A stretch of 64,000 bases of DNA, taken from Chrysomallon squamiferum. Its lineage: Eukaryota > Animalia > Mollusca. The stretch spans positions 45,632,001-45,696,000 of the forward strand of contig CM022665.1 of assembly GCA_012295275.1 (NCBI GenBank), given 5' to 3'. The position numbers were made by a program, and so were the translations under genes. The notes below the pieces were generated by a model, which searched no databases, was not told where the DNA came from, and worked only from the letters and a program-made list of their open reading frames with translations. The stretch's first letter is position 1. The number at the start of each line of letters is the position of its first letter. This document shows positions 26,707 to 39,948 of this stretch, in pieces.

Positions 26707-27410
26707 ATGAAATTTCCTTTCGCGTTTTCTCTTTCCCACGTTTCAGTCTTTCTCCTTCTCACTGTCACCTTCTTTCAAATAGGAGAAGGAGAAATTGTCT
26801 GCCTTGCTGAGCCGTCCAAGTTTGAAGTTCGCCTAGAGCAATAACAGATATTTAATGTGTAGATTAAATGTATTCACATTCAGAATAATGACGTTTATCA
26901 CCCTTTCTGTCAAACATGTTGATTATAAAACGCAGGCAATCTTGATGGGTTACTTGTAATGGAAATGCTGAAAGCAGTTAGAATATATTCAAAATCAACT
27001 ACATATTTCTGCTTAACTGAGTGATGTGAACATCTTCTTTCTCAACAAATGTGACGTTTCTACTTTTCGTATTTGGGACAACAGATTTTCAGATGGTGAA
27101 TCGAAATAAAGAAATTAGATGAATATTTTGGTTAAAATATTTAACAAGGAATTGTCAGGAATTAATATATCTGCGTAAACGTGTCTGTATGTGTCACAAA
27201 TCCCCTGAACTCACGCCTGTTAAAATATTTACAAAACATTTTACAGATGATTGTGGTTTTGTTCCGGAACCCGAATGCTTTCATTACATGAACGGAAACC
27301 ATGCTACACTGGAAGAAAAACGACGACGATTTCTGGAATCACGTGTCAGAGGTGGGACCAGCAGACTCCCCAGCCACACCGTTTCACAAATCCAGAGGAG
27401 TTTCTAGAAA
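26707..27410 (+). pseudogene. Truncated/chimeric PAN-kringle fragments, copy 8
   Basis: Subtype-C exon1 5' part (MKFPFAFSLSHV...) breaks at ~26820 into subtype-C 3'-flank sequence. A subtype-B kringle fragment at 27248-27410 has a 1-nt deletion and is truncated. Confidence 0.8.
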
Positions 27411-27665
27411 TGTTACATGCAACTCATTTCTTTTATGAAGTAAGAGGCTTTTCAGTTAGTTTTAAATTATTAACAGGAAAAACATGAGTAAAAATGTACA
27501 TTACGAAATTAAAAGAATGCAAATGTATTTTGGAATATCAGTTCATGTTTTTATAATAACGAAACCATTAGATATTAATTATTTATTTATGGAATGATTT
27601 ATATATGTGAAGTTTTAACTCTGCCTTTCAGTCTAGCGTACACCCCAGTGTGGATTTGTCTCAAG

Positions 27666-28083
27666 ATGAATTTTCCTTTCGCGTTTTCTCTTTCCCACGT
27701 TTCTGTCTTTCTCCTTCTCACTGTCATCTTCTTTCAAATAGGAGAAGGAGAAAATGTCTGCTATGCTGAGACATCCAAGTTCTTTCGTGTCCCTTGCTTT
27801 TCTGATTTGCGCCAATGGAATTTGGATATCTACCACATCAAAATATTAAGTTCATCCATGGACTGCTCGAGCTGGTGTGCACTGGAGGATAATTGCAGTG
27901 CCGTGTTCTTCGATACCCGATACAGAACGTGCGTGATTTATCGTCTCAAACAGACCGGGAAATTGATCAGTACGGATAAACCTTTTCTGGTTTATCATGC
28001 AGGAGGTAAGTTTATTCATTATCGTTGTTTTTGTTGTTTACCTGTAGTTCCACTACTGCCACAATAACGAGTAATACAACTAA

Positions 28084-28148
<65 letters not shown>

Positions 28149-28848
28149 TAAATCTCTTATTGTTTTAACTCTGTTCTGTAATTAAAAACTTAACTAAGCT
28201 TATTTTGGTTTCCTCTGGTCCTTTGATCAATTCTATTCGTCGTGGCCACTACTGGAATATTTCCTATTCTAACCGGTATACACAGAGTTTTTCTTTTCTT
28301 TTATTTTCTTTTTTTTTTTTTTTTTTTTTTTCATCATTATCATCATCTTGATCATCAAAGTATCAGGAACATTCCTTCCTGTCTTTGGAAAGACAGAAAT
28401 CGAAAATCCGTTTTCCCTGCCGTTATCTTTATGAGGTGAGTCAGCAGATGACGAAAGAATTTAGTACTGAATCAGATTACGAAAAGAAAATCAGGTAATA
28501 GAACGAAAATGGATGGGTTTAGGTCGCTGATAGTAAAAAAATATTTCTGACTCTGTTTCAGACGACTGTGATGTTGTTCCGGAACCCGAGTGCTATCTCT
28601 CCGGTAACGGCCGAAAAGGGTACTCAGGAAGAAAAACGACGACGATTTCTGGAATCACCTGTCAGAGGTGGGACCGGCAGAGTCCCCACGGTCACGATTA
28701 CACAGAGCCATGGAGATACCGAGAAGGCAGTGCGACTGATGCCGAAAATTTCTGTCGAGACCCTGGAAACGACGGCTATGCTTGGTGTTACTCAATGAAA
28801 GATAATATTAGATACGAGAAGTGTGGAATTCCTGACTGTCCAGTGTAA
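27666..28848 (+). CDS. Secreted PAN/apple + kringle protein, copy 9 (intact, 208 aa; subtype C)
   Basis: Exon1 27666-28005 (MNFPFAFSLSHVSVFLLLTVIFFQIGEG..., GTAAGT). Exon2 28562-28848 translates DDCDVVPEPECYLSGNGRKGYSGRKTTTISGITCQRWDRQSPHGHDYTEPWRYREGSATDAENFCRDPGNDGYAWCYSMKDNIRYEKCGIPDCPV*; this frame is not in the ORF track. Confidence 0.88.
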
Positions 28849-30248
28849 CTACTGTTTGAAACGTTTCCGATTTCTCACATAATTATTCAGTAACACTAGT
28901 TTAATGTTCGCCTAGAGTCATAACAGATTTTTCGTTTGTGGCTTAAATTTATTCACTTTCGGAACAAATACACATACAACCCTTTCTTTCAAAAAAGTTT
29001 GGGATATAAAACACAAACAGCCTGAAGGGGTTATTTGTAATGGAAATGCTGCAAGCAGATTGAAAATATTCAAAATATTTCTGCTTAATTAAGTGATCTT
29101 TGATGTGAACATCTTCTTTTCCAACAAATATGACGTTTCTGTTTTTCAAATTGCGGACAAAAGATTTCAGACATCTGTAACAAAGTGGAAAGAACAATTC
29201 TTTACTCTTAATCACGAAAAATGAAAAATAGTTGATTTGAAACTAATTAAGACTAAAACTGAAGATTCACTGTATCCGGAACGTCCCAACAGCGACTTTG
29301 TTTTAAAAAATGTATGACAGCTGTTTGGGGTCTTTTCCATATTTCATTTTTTCTTTCTAAGATGCATCATACATGACGATTCCATTTTCCCAGTTTTCAA
29401 TCGATGTAAACTTGAAAACTGTCAGGCTGAAACATATTTATTCATGTGACTTTGACTTGTGAGACAATCCAGTACTGCAGTTTTGACCAAAACGTCGAGA
29501 TTGTCCGATACACTGGAGTAAGCCTAACATGATTATTAAATATCTTGGTGATAAAGAATGGGATTCGTTTTCTAAATATTACGTTTGTAGTACAAAATCC
29601 TAGGAATAAAACAAAATATTACAATATAGTATCAACAATGTTGGAAGGTACGGAACAACATGGATAACACAGTCTTCCTGGGCTACGCAGAAATCTCAAT
29701 TAACATGTTAGTTTTATTTGTAGGCGACATAAAAGATGTTATGCATCACATTCTGACAGAAAGCCCCACTCAGTAAAAATAAGTAATAAAAATGTAACGT
29801 CACCAACGTAATAATTATACGTCAAAACATTTAATTAACTTTAATTAATTTCATAGATGTTTCATGTATGTAATACGATTTTAAAAGCTTGTTTGTGTGT
29901 TAATTAAATATTCTAAAGTGAAAGAACTAGATGTACTTTTTTGTTATTGATTTCTTTACGAATTATATATGCATGTATGCTATATAACAATACCAGTCTT
30001 TGTCAGGTTATGTTAAACACATAAGAAAATCCCTGCCAAGCAGAACTGTTCATATATTAAAGAAAACAGAAGACAGGCAATTTCGTACAGAAATATTTAA
30101 ATATTAACATTTCCTCAGAAGTACCGTTATTTTTCTTACTTGGAAAAACGAAAGAAATCAATATAAAACCGATGCACATTTCTTTATTTCTTCTTTAGTC
30201 GAAGTTTCAGACTGTCTTTCTACCTGAGCGGCGCAGGATTCGATATTC

Positions 30249-31025
30249 ATGATGGAATTTGGCAAGAAATTTGGTTTTGTCCTCTTTTCTCTTGCCTTCT
30301 TATATGTAAGCGAAGGAGGAGATGTTTGTGTTAACACGTATGCACGATTTTCTCGTGTTTTCTGTTTTTCTCATTTGAATATAACATCGCTGGATCTGTA
30401 CAAACTGAAACTGTTAGGTACAAGCACTGACTGTTCGAACTTGTGTGCAGCAGAAGATGTTTGTAGAGCCGCTTTGTTCGATACTCGATACAACACGTGC
30501 GCGATTTATCGTTCAAAATGGACCACGGTAACAGGCACAGACGTACGAAGATCTTTTCTGGTTTATCGTGAAGGCGGTAAGTCTTTTTATCAAAATTTTC
30601 GTATGCTTACTTAATAAAGTGATGGTGTCGGGATCTAATCCAAATCAAAGACGTCCCTATCACCTAATGTGTGTAGGCTTGACAACAAAAATAATAACGA
30701 AATAAACGGATAAATATATAAACAAACAGACATATAAATAGTTAAAAAGAGTGAAATATTAATAAAATACGGTCGTATTCTTGGTGATGGCAAACTGAAT
30801 TTCTGACACCGCGTGTACAGTGTCAAAAAAAATGTTTGCCTTGCTCAAGTAAAAAAATGAAGTTAAATACAGGTACGCTGCTCTAAGTATTTACCTTGCA
30901 GACGGACGTATGACCTTTTTATTCATACACAAAAACAAGAGTTGTATCCGCTTTGTCTTGCGCACACAAAATAAATTAGAATAAATACGAGTAGACTGTG
31001 TAGAGTACTTACGTTGTGCACACAC

Positions 31026-31057
<32 letters not shown>

Positions 31058-31967
31058 GCGCGCACACATACACACACACATACTACACACTCAAAGGTAC
31101 ACACAGACAGACACAAGAAAATTAAACCTGCAAATGTGTAAATAGCTTTTGCCTTGCTGTGTAATTTCAAAGATACACTAAAAAAAAAAAATGATTATAC
31201 GGTTTGCGACTGAGTACACTGTTTTTCAGTATTTGCAATTGCGCACACTGTGAAGAATGTGTATCTAGCGTACACACACATAAAGAAAATGGTTGATCTG
31301 AAGGGCAAATCATACATTTGTAATGATCTCAGACTTTTAGTTTTTTTCCTTACTTAGCAAGCATTTATTTATTTATTACTTATTTCTTTGTTTCTTTGTT
31401 TGTTATTTACATTGTTAGTTATGTATTATTTATATATTTCTACATTTATTTTCACGTCGATTATACAGCATAGAGATAATCTTTTAGAGTCATGTAAATT
31501 TCTTTCTAAATTCAAGATAGACGTCACTATCGTGTGAGTAAAATACTCAGAAATTTTAAATGTGTGTGTGTAAAGGTGACTAAAAAGTCTGGTGTCTGTA
31601 TGTATCACAAATTCCCTGGACTCAAGTCTGTTAAAATATTTACAATTTTTTTTTTTTTTTTTTTTCAGACGATTGTGGTATTGTTCTGGAACCCGAATGC
31701 TTTCATTACGTGAACGGAAAACCGTGGTACACAGGAAGAAAAACGACGACGATTTCTGGAATCACCTGTCAGAGGTGGGACCAGCAGACTCCCCAGCGTC
31801 ACCGTTTCACAAATCCAGAGGAGTTTCTAGAACAGAGTCTGTCTGTTGTAGAAAACTTCTGTCGTAATCCAGACAGAACTCATAGTATTTGGTGTTACCC
31901 CTTGGTCAAGGACGGAACATATGAGACATGTGGAATTCCCGAGTGTCCCAATATAACTACAGTTTGA
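30249..31967 (+). CDS. Secreted PAN/apple + kringle protein, copy 10 (intact, 208 aa; subtype B)
   Basis: Exon1 30249-30576 (GTAAGT); exon2 31669-31967 (tttcAG; ...CRNPDRTHSIWCYPL...CGIPECPNITTV TGA). Confidence 0.88.
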
Positions 31968-32569
31968 AATGTTAATGGGAAACGTTTGTTCATGAATTGG
32001 CGTCAAGCAGTCATTGATTTTAATGTTTGATTTTCAAAGAAACAAAGAAACGAATAAATAAATAAATGAATGAATAAATGAATAAATGAATAAATAAATA
32101 AATAAATCAAGAAATCAAGAAATGAATGAATATATAAATAGATAAATAAATAAATAAAGGTATAAATATGCATAAATTTTAGTGTTTTTATTTTTTTTAT
32201 TTGTTTGTTTGATTTTTCTTCACTGTACTTTTCCCTATTTAAAAATACTAATATGCTTAATAAAAAATATCTGTATGTACAAAAGCTATGTTCTGTTTAT
32301 TTTTTTCAAGCTCACTGTTTTAATTATTAACTAGGAAAAAACCCAAACACCTCTAACAACCAAATCACAAAACGAAATCAATACAAATGATGATGATAAA
32401 AATTAGTCTTTATTCTTATAATTATCATTAGCAACGTTATAGCGGTCTCGCCATCATTACCATCATCGTAATAATTCATCTCAATCATCAACTCTTCATT
32501 ATCGTTACCACATCATCATCCTTGTCATCATTATCATCATCATCATCATCACTGTCGTTATCGTCACAA

Positions 32570-33255
32570 TCTGTTAAATAAAATAATGCACAGAGATGAG
32601 CAGAACTGCTTATATTATGTCAAGAAGAACTGTCAAACAGCTAAATACAATAGTACTCACTAGTGAATAAAACAGTTAAATACAATAAAACACATTCTTA
32701 GGTAGAATTGTTAAACAAAATAACGTACACTGTTTTGTGGCACTCTTTAACAAATACATAGAATAATCCACATTATTAAGTAGAATTATTCAACAGTAAA
32801 GTGCCAACAACATACAGTCTCAAGTAGAATTCCTCAAGAAGGTAGTAATACAAACAGCGTCATCCAGAGATACTGAAAGAATTAAATACAAGAACAATGA
32901 TATTACGTCAAGTAGAACTGTTCAATAATAAAGTAAAAATAGAGACTGCCTAACACAGCTGTTCAGTTATTAAATAAAAACAGAAACCGTGTATAACATA
33001 ACAGTGTAACAATGAAATAAAAATAGACATTGTGTTTAATACAGTTATATAACAATTAAATTAAAATAGACACTGTGTCTTAAAGAACTACTGAACAATA
33101 AAATAAAAATAGGCAATGTGTCTTACAGAACTGCGTAAAAATTAAATATAAATAAACACTATGTCTGACACAACTGTTCAGCAATGAAATAAAAAGAGAT
33201 ACTAGGTCTAACAGAACTGTTCGACAACTAAACTGATTCCGTGTCTATGACAACT
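32570..33255. repeat. Degenerate ~39-bp minisatellite upstream of subtype-D copies (related tract at ~21900-22260)
   Basis: Recurring aaataaaaatagacactgtgtct..cagaactgtt.aacaatt-like units. Confidence 0.65.
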
Positions 33256-33257
33256 GT

Positions 33258-34452
33258 CCCTCTTTCTGTTGTCTCGTGTGCGGGAAGGAGAAAACATCTG
33301 CGCTGATGAGAGGGGAAGATTTTCTCGTGTTTTATGTTTTTCTCATTTGAACGTAACTAATCTGGATCTATACAATCTCAAACTATTAAACTCACCCATC
33401 GATTGTTTGAGCTGGGTTGCAGAAGACGATGTTTCTAGAGCTGTTTTCTTCGATACTCAATACGACGTCTGCACGATTTTCGTTTAAAATGGACTAACGA
33501 AACTGATCATTTTTGTCTTTTATTTTTATTTGTTTTATTTTACAGTTGCGAATCAAACACTTTCTGGTATTAGGAGTTTGCCTCGATAACAACTACTACT
33601 GCTGCTACTACTATGGTCACTGACAGTGCTAATATATCTAATGGACAGAGTGAAAAATGTCAGACAATTACAAAAGATGTACCAGTCCTCCTGTACAAAT
33701 TAAAAAAATCATTATCATCATCATTATGAATCTTTATTTATCAGTTAAAAATAAATGTCTTTGATTTCTCATTCTCCTTAATAACAAAGGCAGCATCCTT
33801 CTAAGCATAACTCGATGACAAAGGGCTTGGTACAGTTTGGCCGAACAGTTTATTCTGGATGCTTTTCCCTGTTCATGCATAAAGCTTACTTGTCCTACGC
33901 GATAGCTTAACAGTTACGAGTGGACAGAAGCAGACAGTGCATGGTGAAGCAGTCGAGTACATTGGTTTACACACAGCAGTGATGCAAAGTAACAGAAAGG
34001 AACACAAAGGAACAGAAAGTGCCAGGTTTCTCTATCTAAAGAAGGAGAAGAAAATTATGGAAGTTGGGGATGGTCGGTTTGGAACATGTAAAATATTTTA
34101 CATAAAAGTAAAGGACTGTTTGCTATAAGGATGGAATAGATATGTGGCTTGATCTCACCAATAACTTTCATTATTTTTGTATTGTTTTTCAGGTAACTGT
34201 GACGTTCTAGCAGAACCTGAATACTTTTATTATGTTATGGGAACGCCATAATACACAGGAAGAAAAACAACTACGATTTCTGGAATTACCTGTCAGAGGT
34301 GGGACGAGAAGACTCTCTGAGCCAAATCTCCAGAAGACACACCCTTTCTGTCGTTGAAAACTTCTGTCGCAGTCCTGATGGGGACGACAATGCTTGGTCA
34401 TACACAAAGGAGTTAGACAGGTCACGTGTGAAATTCCTCGGTGTCCCAGTTA
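33258..34452 (+). pseudogene. PAN-kringle pseudogene, copy 11 (subtype D-like)
   Basis: PAN exon is 5'-truncated (no ATG or full signal peptide) and frameshifted near 33480, with no donor. The kringle exon from ~34193 has deletions and stops. Confidence 0.8.
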
Positions 34453-34944
34453 ATATAAAAGTGCACAGCTTTTAATTCAATATAAGACAGAGCTGCTATT
34501 TTCTGTTTTGAAATTTCACAAAGACACAGAACAATGTCTGAGTAAACACACGCTGTTTTTATTATTTTGCTTCTAGTTAAAAGGAAAATCGTATAACTCC
34601 TGAAAAAGAAAGAAATCTTTCAGAAGATAATTAAGACACGGATCTTCAATTCAATTTTTATGAGAATTTCTGATCAAGATATTTGTTGAATGAAGTGTTA
34701 GTCTTTTCAGCTGTGTACAACAATAATGTTATTTTTTAATTATTAATAAGAAGAACATTAGTAAAAACATTAATGAAGAAAGCCCGATAAAGACAAATGA
34801 ATACTGATGTATGTACTGAGTTTGTATAACAACATAACCATTAGGTGTTTATGATTAATTTATGAAAACATTTATATACTCGTAGTCTAAAGTCATCTCT
34901 CAGAGCAGAACAAAATCTGATCTACCTGTCGTTTCGTCAGCATC

Positions 34945-36692
34945 ATGAAATTTCACTGCACATTTGTTCTTTGCTTTCATTCCGTTTATCTCCTTCTCTT
35001 TTTCATCTCTTTACAAGTGTGGGAAGGAGAAAATGTTTGCGCTGATGTGAGGAGAAGATTTTCTCGTGTTTTATGTTTTTCTGATTTGAACGTAACGAAT
35101 CTGGATCTGTACAACCTGAAACTATTAAGTTCACACATTGACTGTTTGAGCTGGTGTGGAACTGACGAAGTTTGTAGAGCTGTCGTCTTCGATACTCGAT
35201 ACAACACGTGCGCAGTCTATCGTTCAAAATGGACCAACGAAACAATAATCATAGAAGAAAGAAAATCTTTCCTGATTTATCATCCAAACGGTAAGTTTTT
35301 TTTTATCATTAATGTTGCCATCTTCGTTTTCCTAGATGTTTTCAAACAATTATTAATATTATTACTGTCAAAACAATTACTACCAATACTAATTCGAGTA
35401 CTACTACGAATAAAATGAATAGTACAAATGCTAGTGGTACATCTATATTTGAATTCAGATCAGTGTTGGAAATGTTATTCATTAATATGGTACTCAGAGT
35501 GGTTTTATGATGTTCTTGAACGTTATAGATTTAGGAGTGAAATTAAAAGACTCACATTATGGAAGTTAGCAATATCGAGTCTTTGGATTAAAATATTTAA
35601 TATGAGGACGATGAGGAAATTTGGAAGACGGGAAAACACAAATTTCTATTAGCTATCATGAAGCTAAGAAAGTTGAAAAGATATTTCAAATGTAAAGAAC
35701 TGAAAAAAGCCCTAAGCTTTTTTTTTTTTTTCAATATTAAATTTGTTTAATGTGAAAAGACATACAAATTAGTAACAGCAAAGTATTGTTACTTATAAAT
35801 TTAGTGTAAAATAATTCCCTTTTAAAACAAGAATCCTTCGATGAATCACAAAAGTAGACGTTAGACTTCTCTGAGCTGTGTGAATTATCACTCATGCTAG
35901 AAGTGCATGTTTTAAACTGGTTTTATTTTTATACGTCTGAGTGGAGGTGTCTTGTTTTCAGAGGAATTTAGTCTTGATCTCAGAAATGCTGAAGGACGAC
36001 CACGTGTTTGACATTGTCACGGAGAACGGTGTTATGATGATGTTGTTCTACACGGTGAAAGATGGTCAAGCGAGCACGTTATTCTGTGACAGAGAACATC
36101 ATCGCTCGAATACCACTGACAGCCCTCTATTACACTGATAAGAGCTGAGTCGAGTTTTCAAACCTTAATTTTTGACTTCATCAAGAATTCCGCATCTTTC
36201 AGAAGGACGATACATCAGCTCATATCGCGAGATCATTCATGTGGTGTTTTAGAAAAAAACAAATATCTCTTCTCCTGGTTGCGTTTCCATTGGCGTTTAG
36301 TACATAAAACTATTTCTTAACGAAATAGACTTGGACGTCAGTAACGCTTATAATGCATACTTTTTGTTATTCAATTCCTATTATAATAATATTTATTATT
36401 GTTCTCAGATCAATGTGACGTGGTTCCTGAACCTGAATGCTTTCATAATGTGAACGGAAAACCATGGTACACTGGAAGAAAAATGACAACGATTTCTGGA
36501 ATCACCTGTCAGAGGTGGGATCAGCAGACACCCCACACTCACACCCAGACTAACCCCGCCCAGTTTCACGAAGACTCCCTGTCTGCTGCAGAAATCTTCT
36601 GTCGAAATCCTGATAATGACAGCGATGTGTGGTGTTACACGATGGACAAAGACACTAGGTATGACAAGTGTGGAATTCCCCAATGTCTATGA
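34945..36692 (+). CDS. Secreted PAN/apple + kringle protein, copy 12 (intact, 209 aa)
   Basis: Exon1 34945-35290 (GTAAGT); exon2 36409-36692 (tctcAG; DQCDVVPEPEC...CRNPDNDSDVWCYT...CGIPQCL TGA). Confidence 0.9.
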
Positions 36693-37065
36693 ATATCTAC
36701 ATATTGAAACTTTTCAATTCACTACAGTAATCTACTTAAAACTTCATTGTATCCACAAATGTATACACCTATATGATGAATGTAGGAAAAAAAGTAAGAA
36801 ATAGTTTTTCAGTTTTAAAAAAACGTAAATTATGATAGCTCATCTTTTCTATTTATTTATTATTTCCAACGCTTTTTTTATGTACCATGTATAACACTCA
36901 ACAATATTGGCAATGATTGCATCGATTGTAATCTTTATACAGACTGTTTGAAATAAAAACTCTTTAAATAAATATTTTATTTTTTTTTTATTTTTATTTT
37001 TTTCAATTATTAGTTTTCGGATTGCGGACAATAGATTTCAGACGTCTGTAATAAAGTGGAAAGAT

Positions 37066-37103
37066 GTGACTGGTTCTACAACATTTTTAGATTCGAAGAT
37101 TAA
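37066..37103 (+). pseudogene. Orphan C-terminal coding tail of a deleted double-WAP gene
   Basis: GAC TGG TTC TAC AAC ATT TTT AGA TTC GAA GAT TAA (DWFYNIFRFED*) matches the end of WAP gene 1 (DWLYRIFRLED*). The following ~1.1 kb is an inverted homolog of ~45700-47140. Confidence 0.7.
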
Positions 37104-38326
37104 AGTGACAAATGACTACAGACAGACGTATTTTACATCACTGTCATCTGTTATGGATATACTAAACAATTCGATTTAGAAAACAAAATTTTGTTTGTAA
37201 ACTGTTATTAATGATAATAACGACATTACGATAGTTACTTATCTGTTATTTCTTATAATTCACAAAAATGTCTAACACTATGATATATCTGTTTGTATTT
37301 GTTAACAAGAGGGAGGTTGAATCCAGTTGAATTGTTGTAGACGTTATCGTATAATTAACAAAAACGTTTAATATAAGAGTTACGTATTTGTACGTGGTAC
37401 AACGGAAACCTTGACTGAGTGACAGAAGATGTGGATGACTGGACCAGTTTGCTTCTGTTGGTAACTAGGCTGTTTCAGGTTGCAGTTAGTGATACAGAAC
37501 CGGCTTTTCAAACTACGGTAGAAATAGACTTCGTTGCTTGTACGTCCAAGCAGAGCCATCGTGTTTTCTCTGACAGATGTAATCGTTACACAGATATATT
37601 CAGTGTGTTTAATTATAATACGTGTTAATTAGTTACAAAGTTATTTTAAGTATTAAAGGTAGCAGCTATGCAAAGTGCAATGATGATAATGACGATGATA
37701 ATAACAACAGCTCGACGCCTTTTCAGATTCAGTGTTTTTATTATACTTCATGAAAGAAAGTTTATTTATTAGTTATTTGATATATTCATAAATCCTATTT
37801 CCTCTATTTCTTTTAATAATAAAAAATCCTAAGACTTCATATTAAAGTAATTATCATTTTTCGAAACTAAACAAATACAAATTTCATAGACATTTTGCCA
37901 GTCTACGTTTGGCAAGTGAACAAAAGAGACCGCTATAATTCTAGACACCAGTGATAAAAATAGACTACCAATTAACATAAAATATAAACTAATATCATAC
38001 ACCCAATTTGTTTTTAAATATATTTCTTAAGCGTAATTCTAGGAAAGAAAAGGTTATCATTTTAGAAAAGTTTTACAGTAATAGTTTAATTTAGCAAATT
38101 ACCATATTTACAATAGTGACTGATACAATGAAAACACAAAAATCTACAGTAGCTAGGATATTCGCAAATCAGACTCAAGCCCATTGTTTTAGCTTATTAA
38201 AACAATAATAATAATAATAAAGAAAACTAAAAGAAGGAAAGCAAACGATAACATTTCAAGATTTCGTTAGATCTGACGCAGTAACAAGGTTTTCCAGCAT
38301 CCAAAACATCCCGTGACGTATTTTTT

Positions 38327-39948
38327 TTAAAACGCAACCCAGCAACACACGGCAAATTTTCCGCCCGGGTCTTTCGTACAGGACGTTAAATCCGGACAAA
38401 CAGCCGGATCCCATCCGCACTCGATCTCCTCACCGTTCGTACCGAGAACTGGACCTGGTCCCACGCCACACTTTTGTTGATCAGCCGGAGACGAAACTGC
38501 AGAGAAAAACAAACTGTTAAGTTTTACACCAAAGCGATTCTTTATTTTTTTTATACGTCAGTGGAAACCAGTGTTTGCTGCTAATAAAGAATAACTAAAT
38601 AACTCGAACGTAACGACAGACATGTGAAAGATCGTGTTTTTGATATTCCAAAACTGAGAAACCCTAACAGACTGAGGATATAACAACTCTGTAATACAAA
38701 GATTGATTATAAATAAAATGCTAGAACATTATTTATTTCTAGTGAGCCTTTAGGACAGACCAAATGCTTGATTGAAGAATGTCCATTGGACGACAGCTGT
38801 GAATGACAGTTCTTTAGATAAGCTAATGGTGATGATACAATTTTAAAGATTTGAATTTTGTTTTTACTAAAAAAGATCAAAGCTCAGTTATATGTATGTA
38901 CTAACGTATATGTATTATATAAGTATTCATTTATATGTATACGTATGTAATTGCGTACACTGTCATCATAAAACATGTAGGTGAATTTGAGTCGAGTATT
39001 TTTTCGCGATTTTTCTTACCGCACACTGGTGCAGGTGGACATGGGTGAGTGTCACAAGTTACTTCTTTCAGTCTGCACGTTTTACCATCAGGACACTGGT
39101 GAGTCTGTAAATACACACACAGAAAATCACTGACACTGATCTTTATCTCATCGTGCTTGTCACTGTGACGATAATGACAGGGATGATGGCGATGGTAACG
39201 ACAATGAACGTAATGATGATGACTGCGTTGATGATGATGATGATGGTAATGACAATGAAGCCTATATAACGTTGCTTATGATAATTACGCAAGAATAAAA
39301 ACTAATTTTCATCATCATCATCATCATCATAGTGGTTGTGATGATGACTATAATGATGATGCAGTTCATGCTGATGACGGATCTTTCTGAATGTTGGTAA
39401 TACTGTTTTAAATAACAAATCAGACACAAGTTAAAATATTAAATATTCTGCAGCTGATGAAACTGTAACTAAGAAACCATTCAACTTACCGAGCATGGTG
39501 TTGCTAGACCAAGATGGTTTGTCTGTATAACCATAAATACAGTCTGAAAAAATGTAATCAGTATATATATATATATATGTTATACATATCTGTCTATCTC
39601 TATGTGTATATACATATACATGCATACGTATAATGGCAAAGGACTTACATATACACGTTAATATGTATATATGCACTCAGACATACTTATTAAATACATT
39701 CATTCGTACATACATACATACAAACAAAGAAAGAAAGAAAGACAGAAGCTATGCAAAAATACAGAGGTATATATACACCGAAAAAAATAATAAACACAAA
39801 AATTTGTTCTATAATTAAGAAAGGATAAAAAAAAAATTAAAAAAAAAAAAAAAATTGTTGAATATAAAATTATTGTGAAGGAAATATTGAACTGAAGTAA
39901 TTATTTGTAAATACATACCAATACCGCGAGTACTTTGACATTCGCCAT
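38327..39948 (-). CDS. Secreted Cys-rich protein B: 6-Cys module + Lustrin-type Cys repeat (112 aa), inverted paralog of gene A
   Basis: Exons 39948-39919, 39543-39490, 39104-39020, 38496-38327; same exon sizes and phases as gene A; exons 2-3 nearly identical to gene A. Confidence 0.85.

Noticed and set aside
27594-27665. In-frame upstream ATG extending subtype-C genes by 24 aa (also at 26635 and 41344), a possible signal-anchor isoform
   Set aside because: The ATG directly abuts the TATA-like tttatatat at the position where other copies have their putative TATA, so it probably lies upstream of the TSS. The second ATG aligns with the starts of all paralogs.
625-36692. Calling the genes plasminogen, HGF, apolipoprotein(a) or prothrombin orthologs (PLG/HGF/LPA)
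   Set aside because: Each gene stops after a single kringle, no serine-protease exon is present and the intron layout differs, so the similarity is domain-level only and no symbol was assigned.
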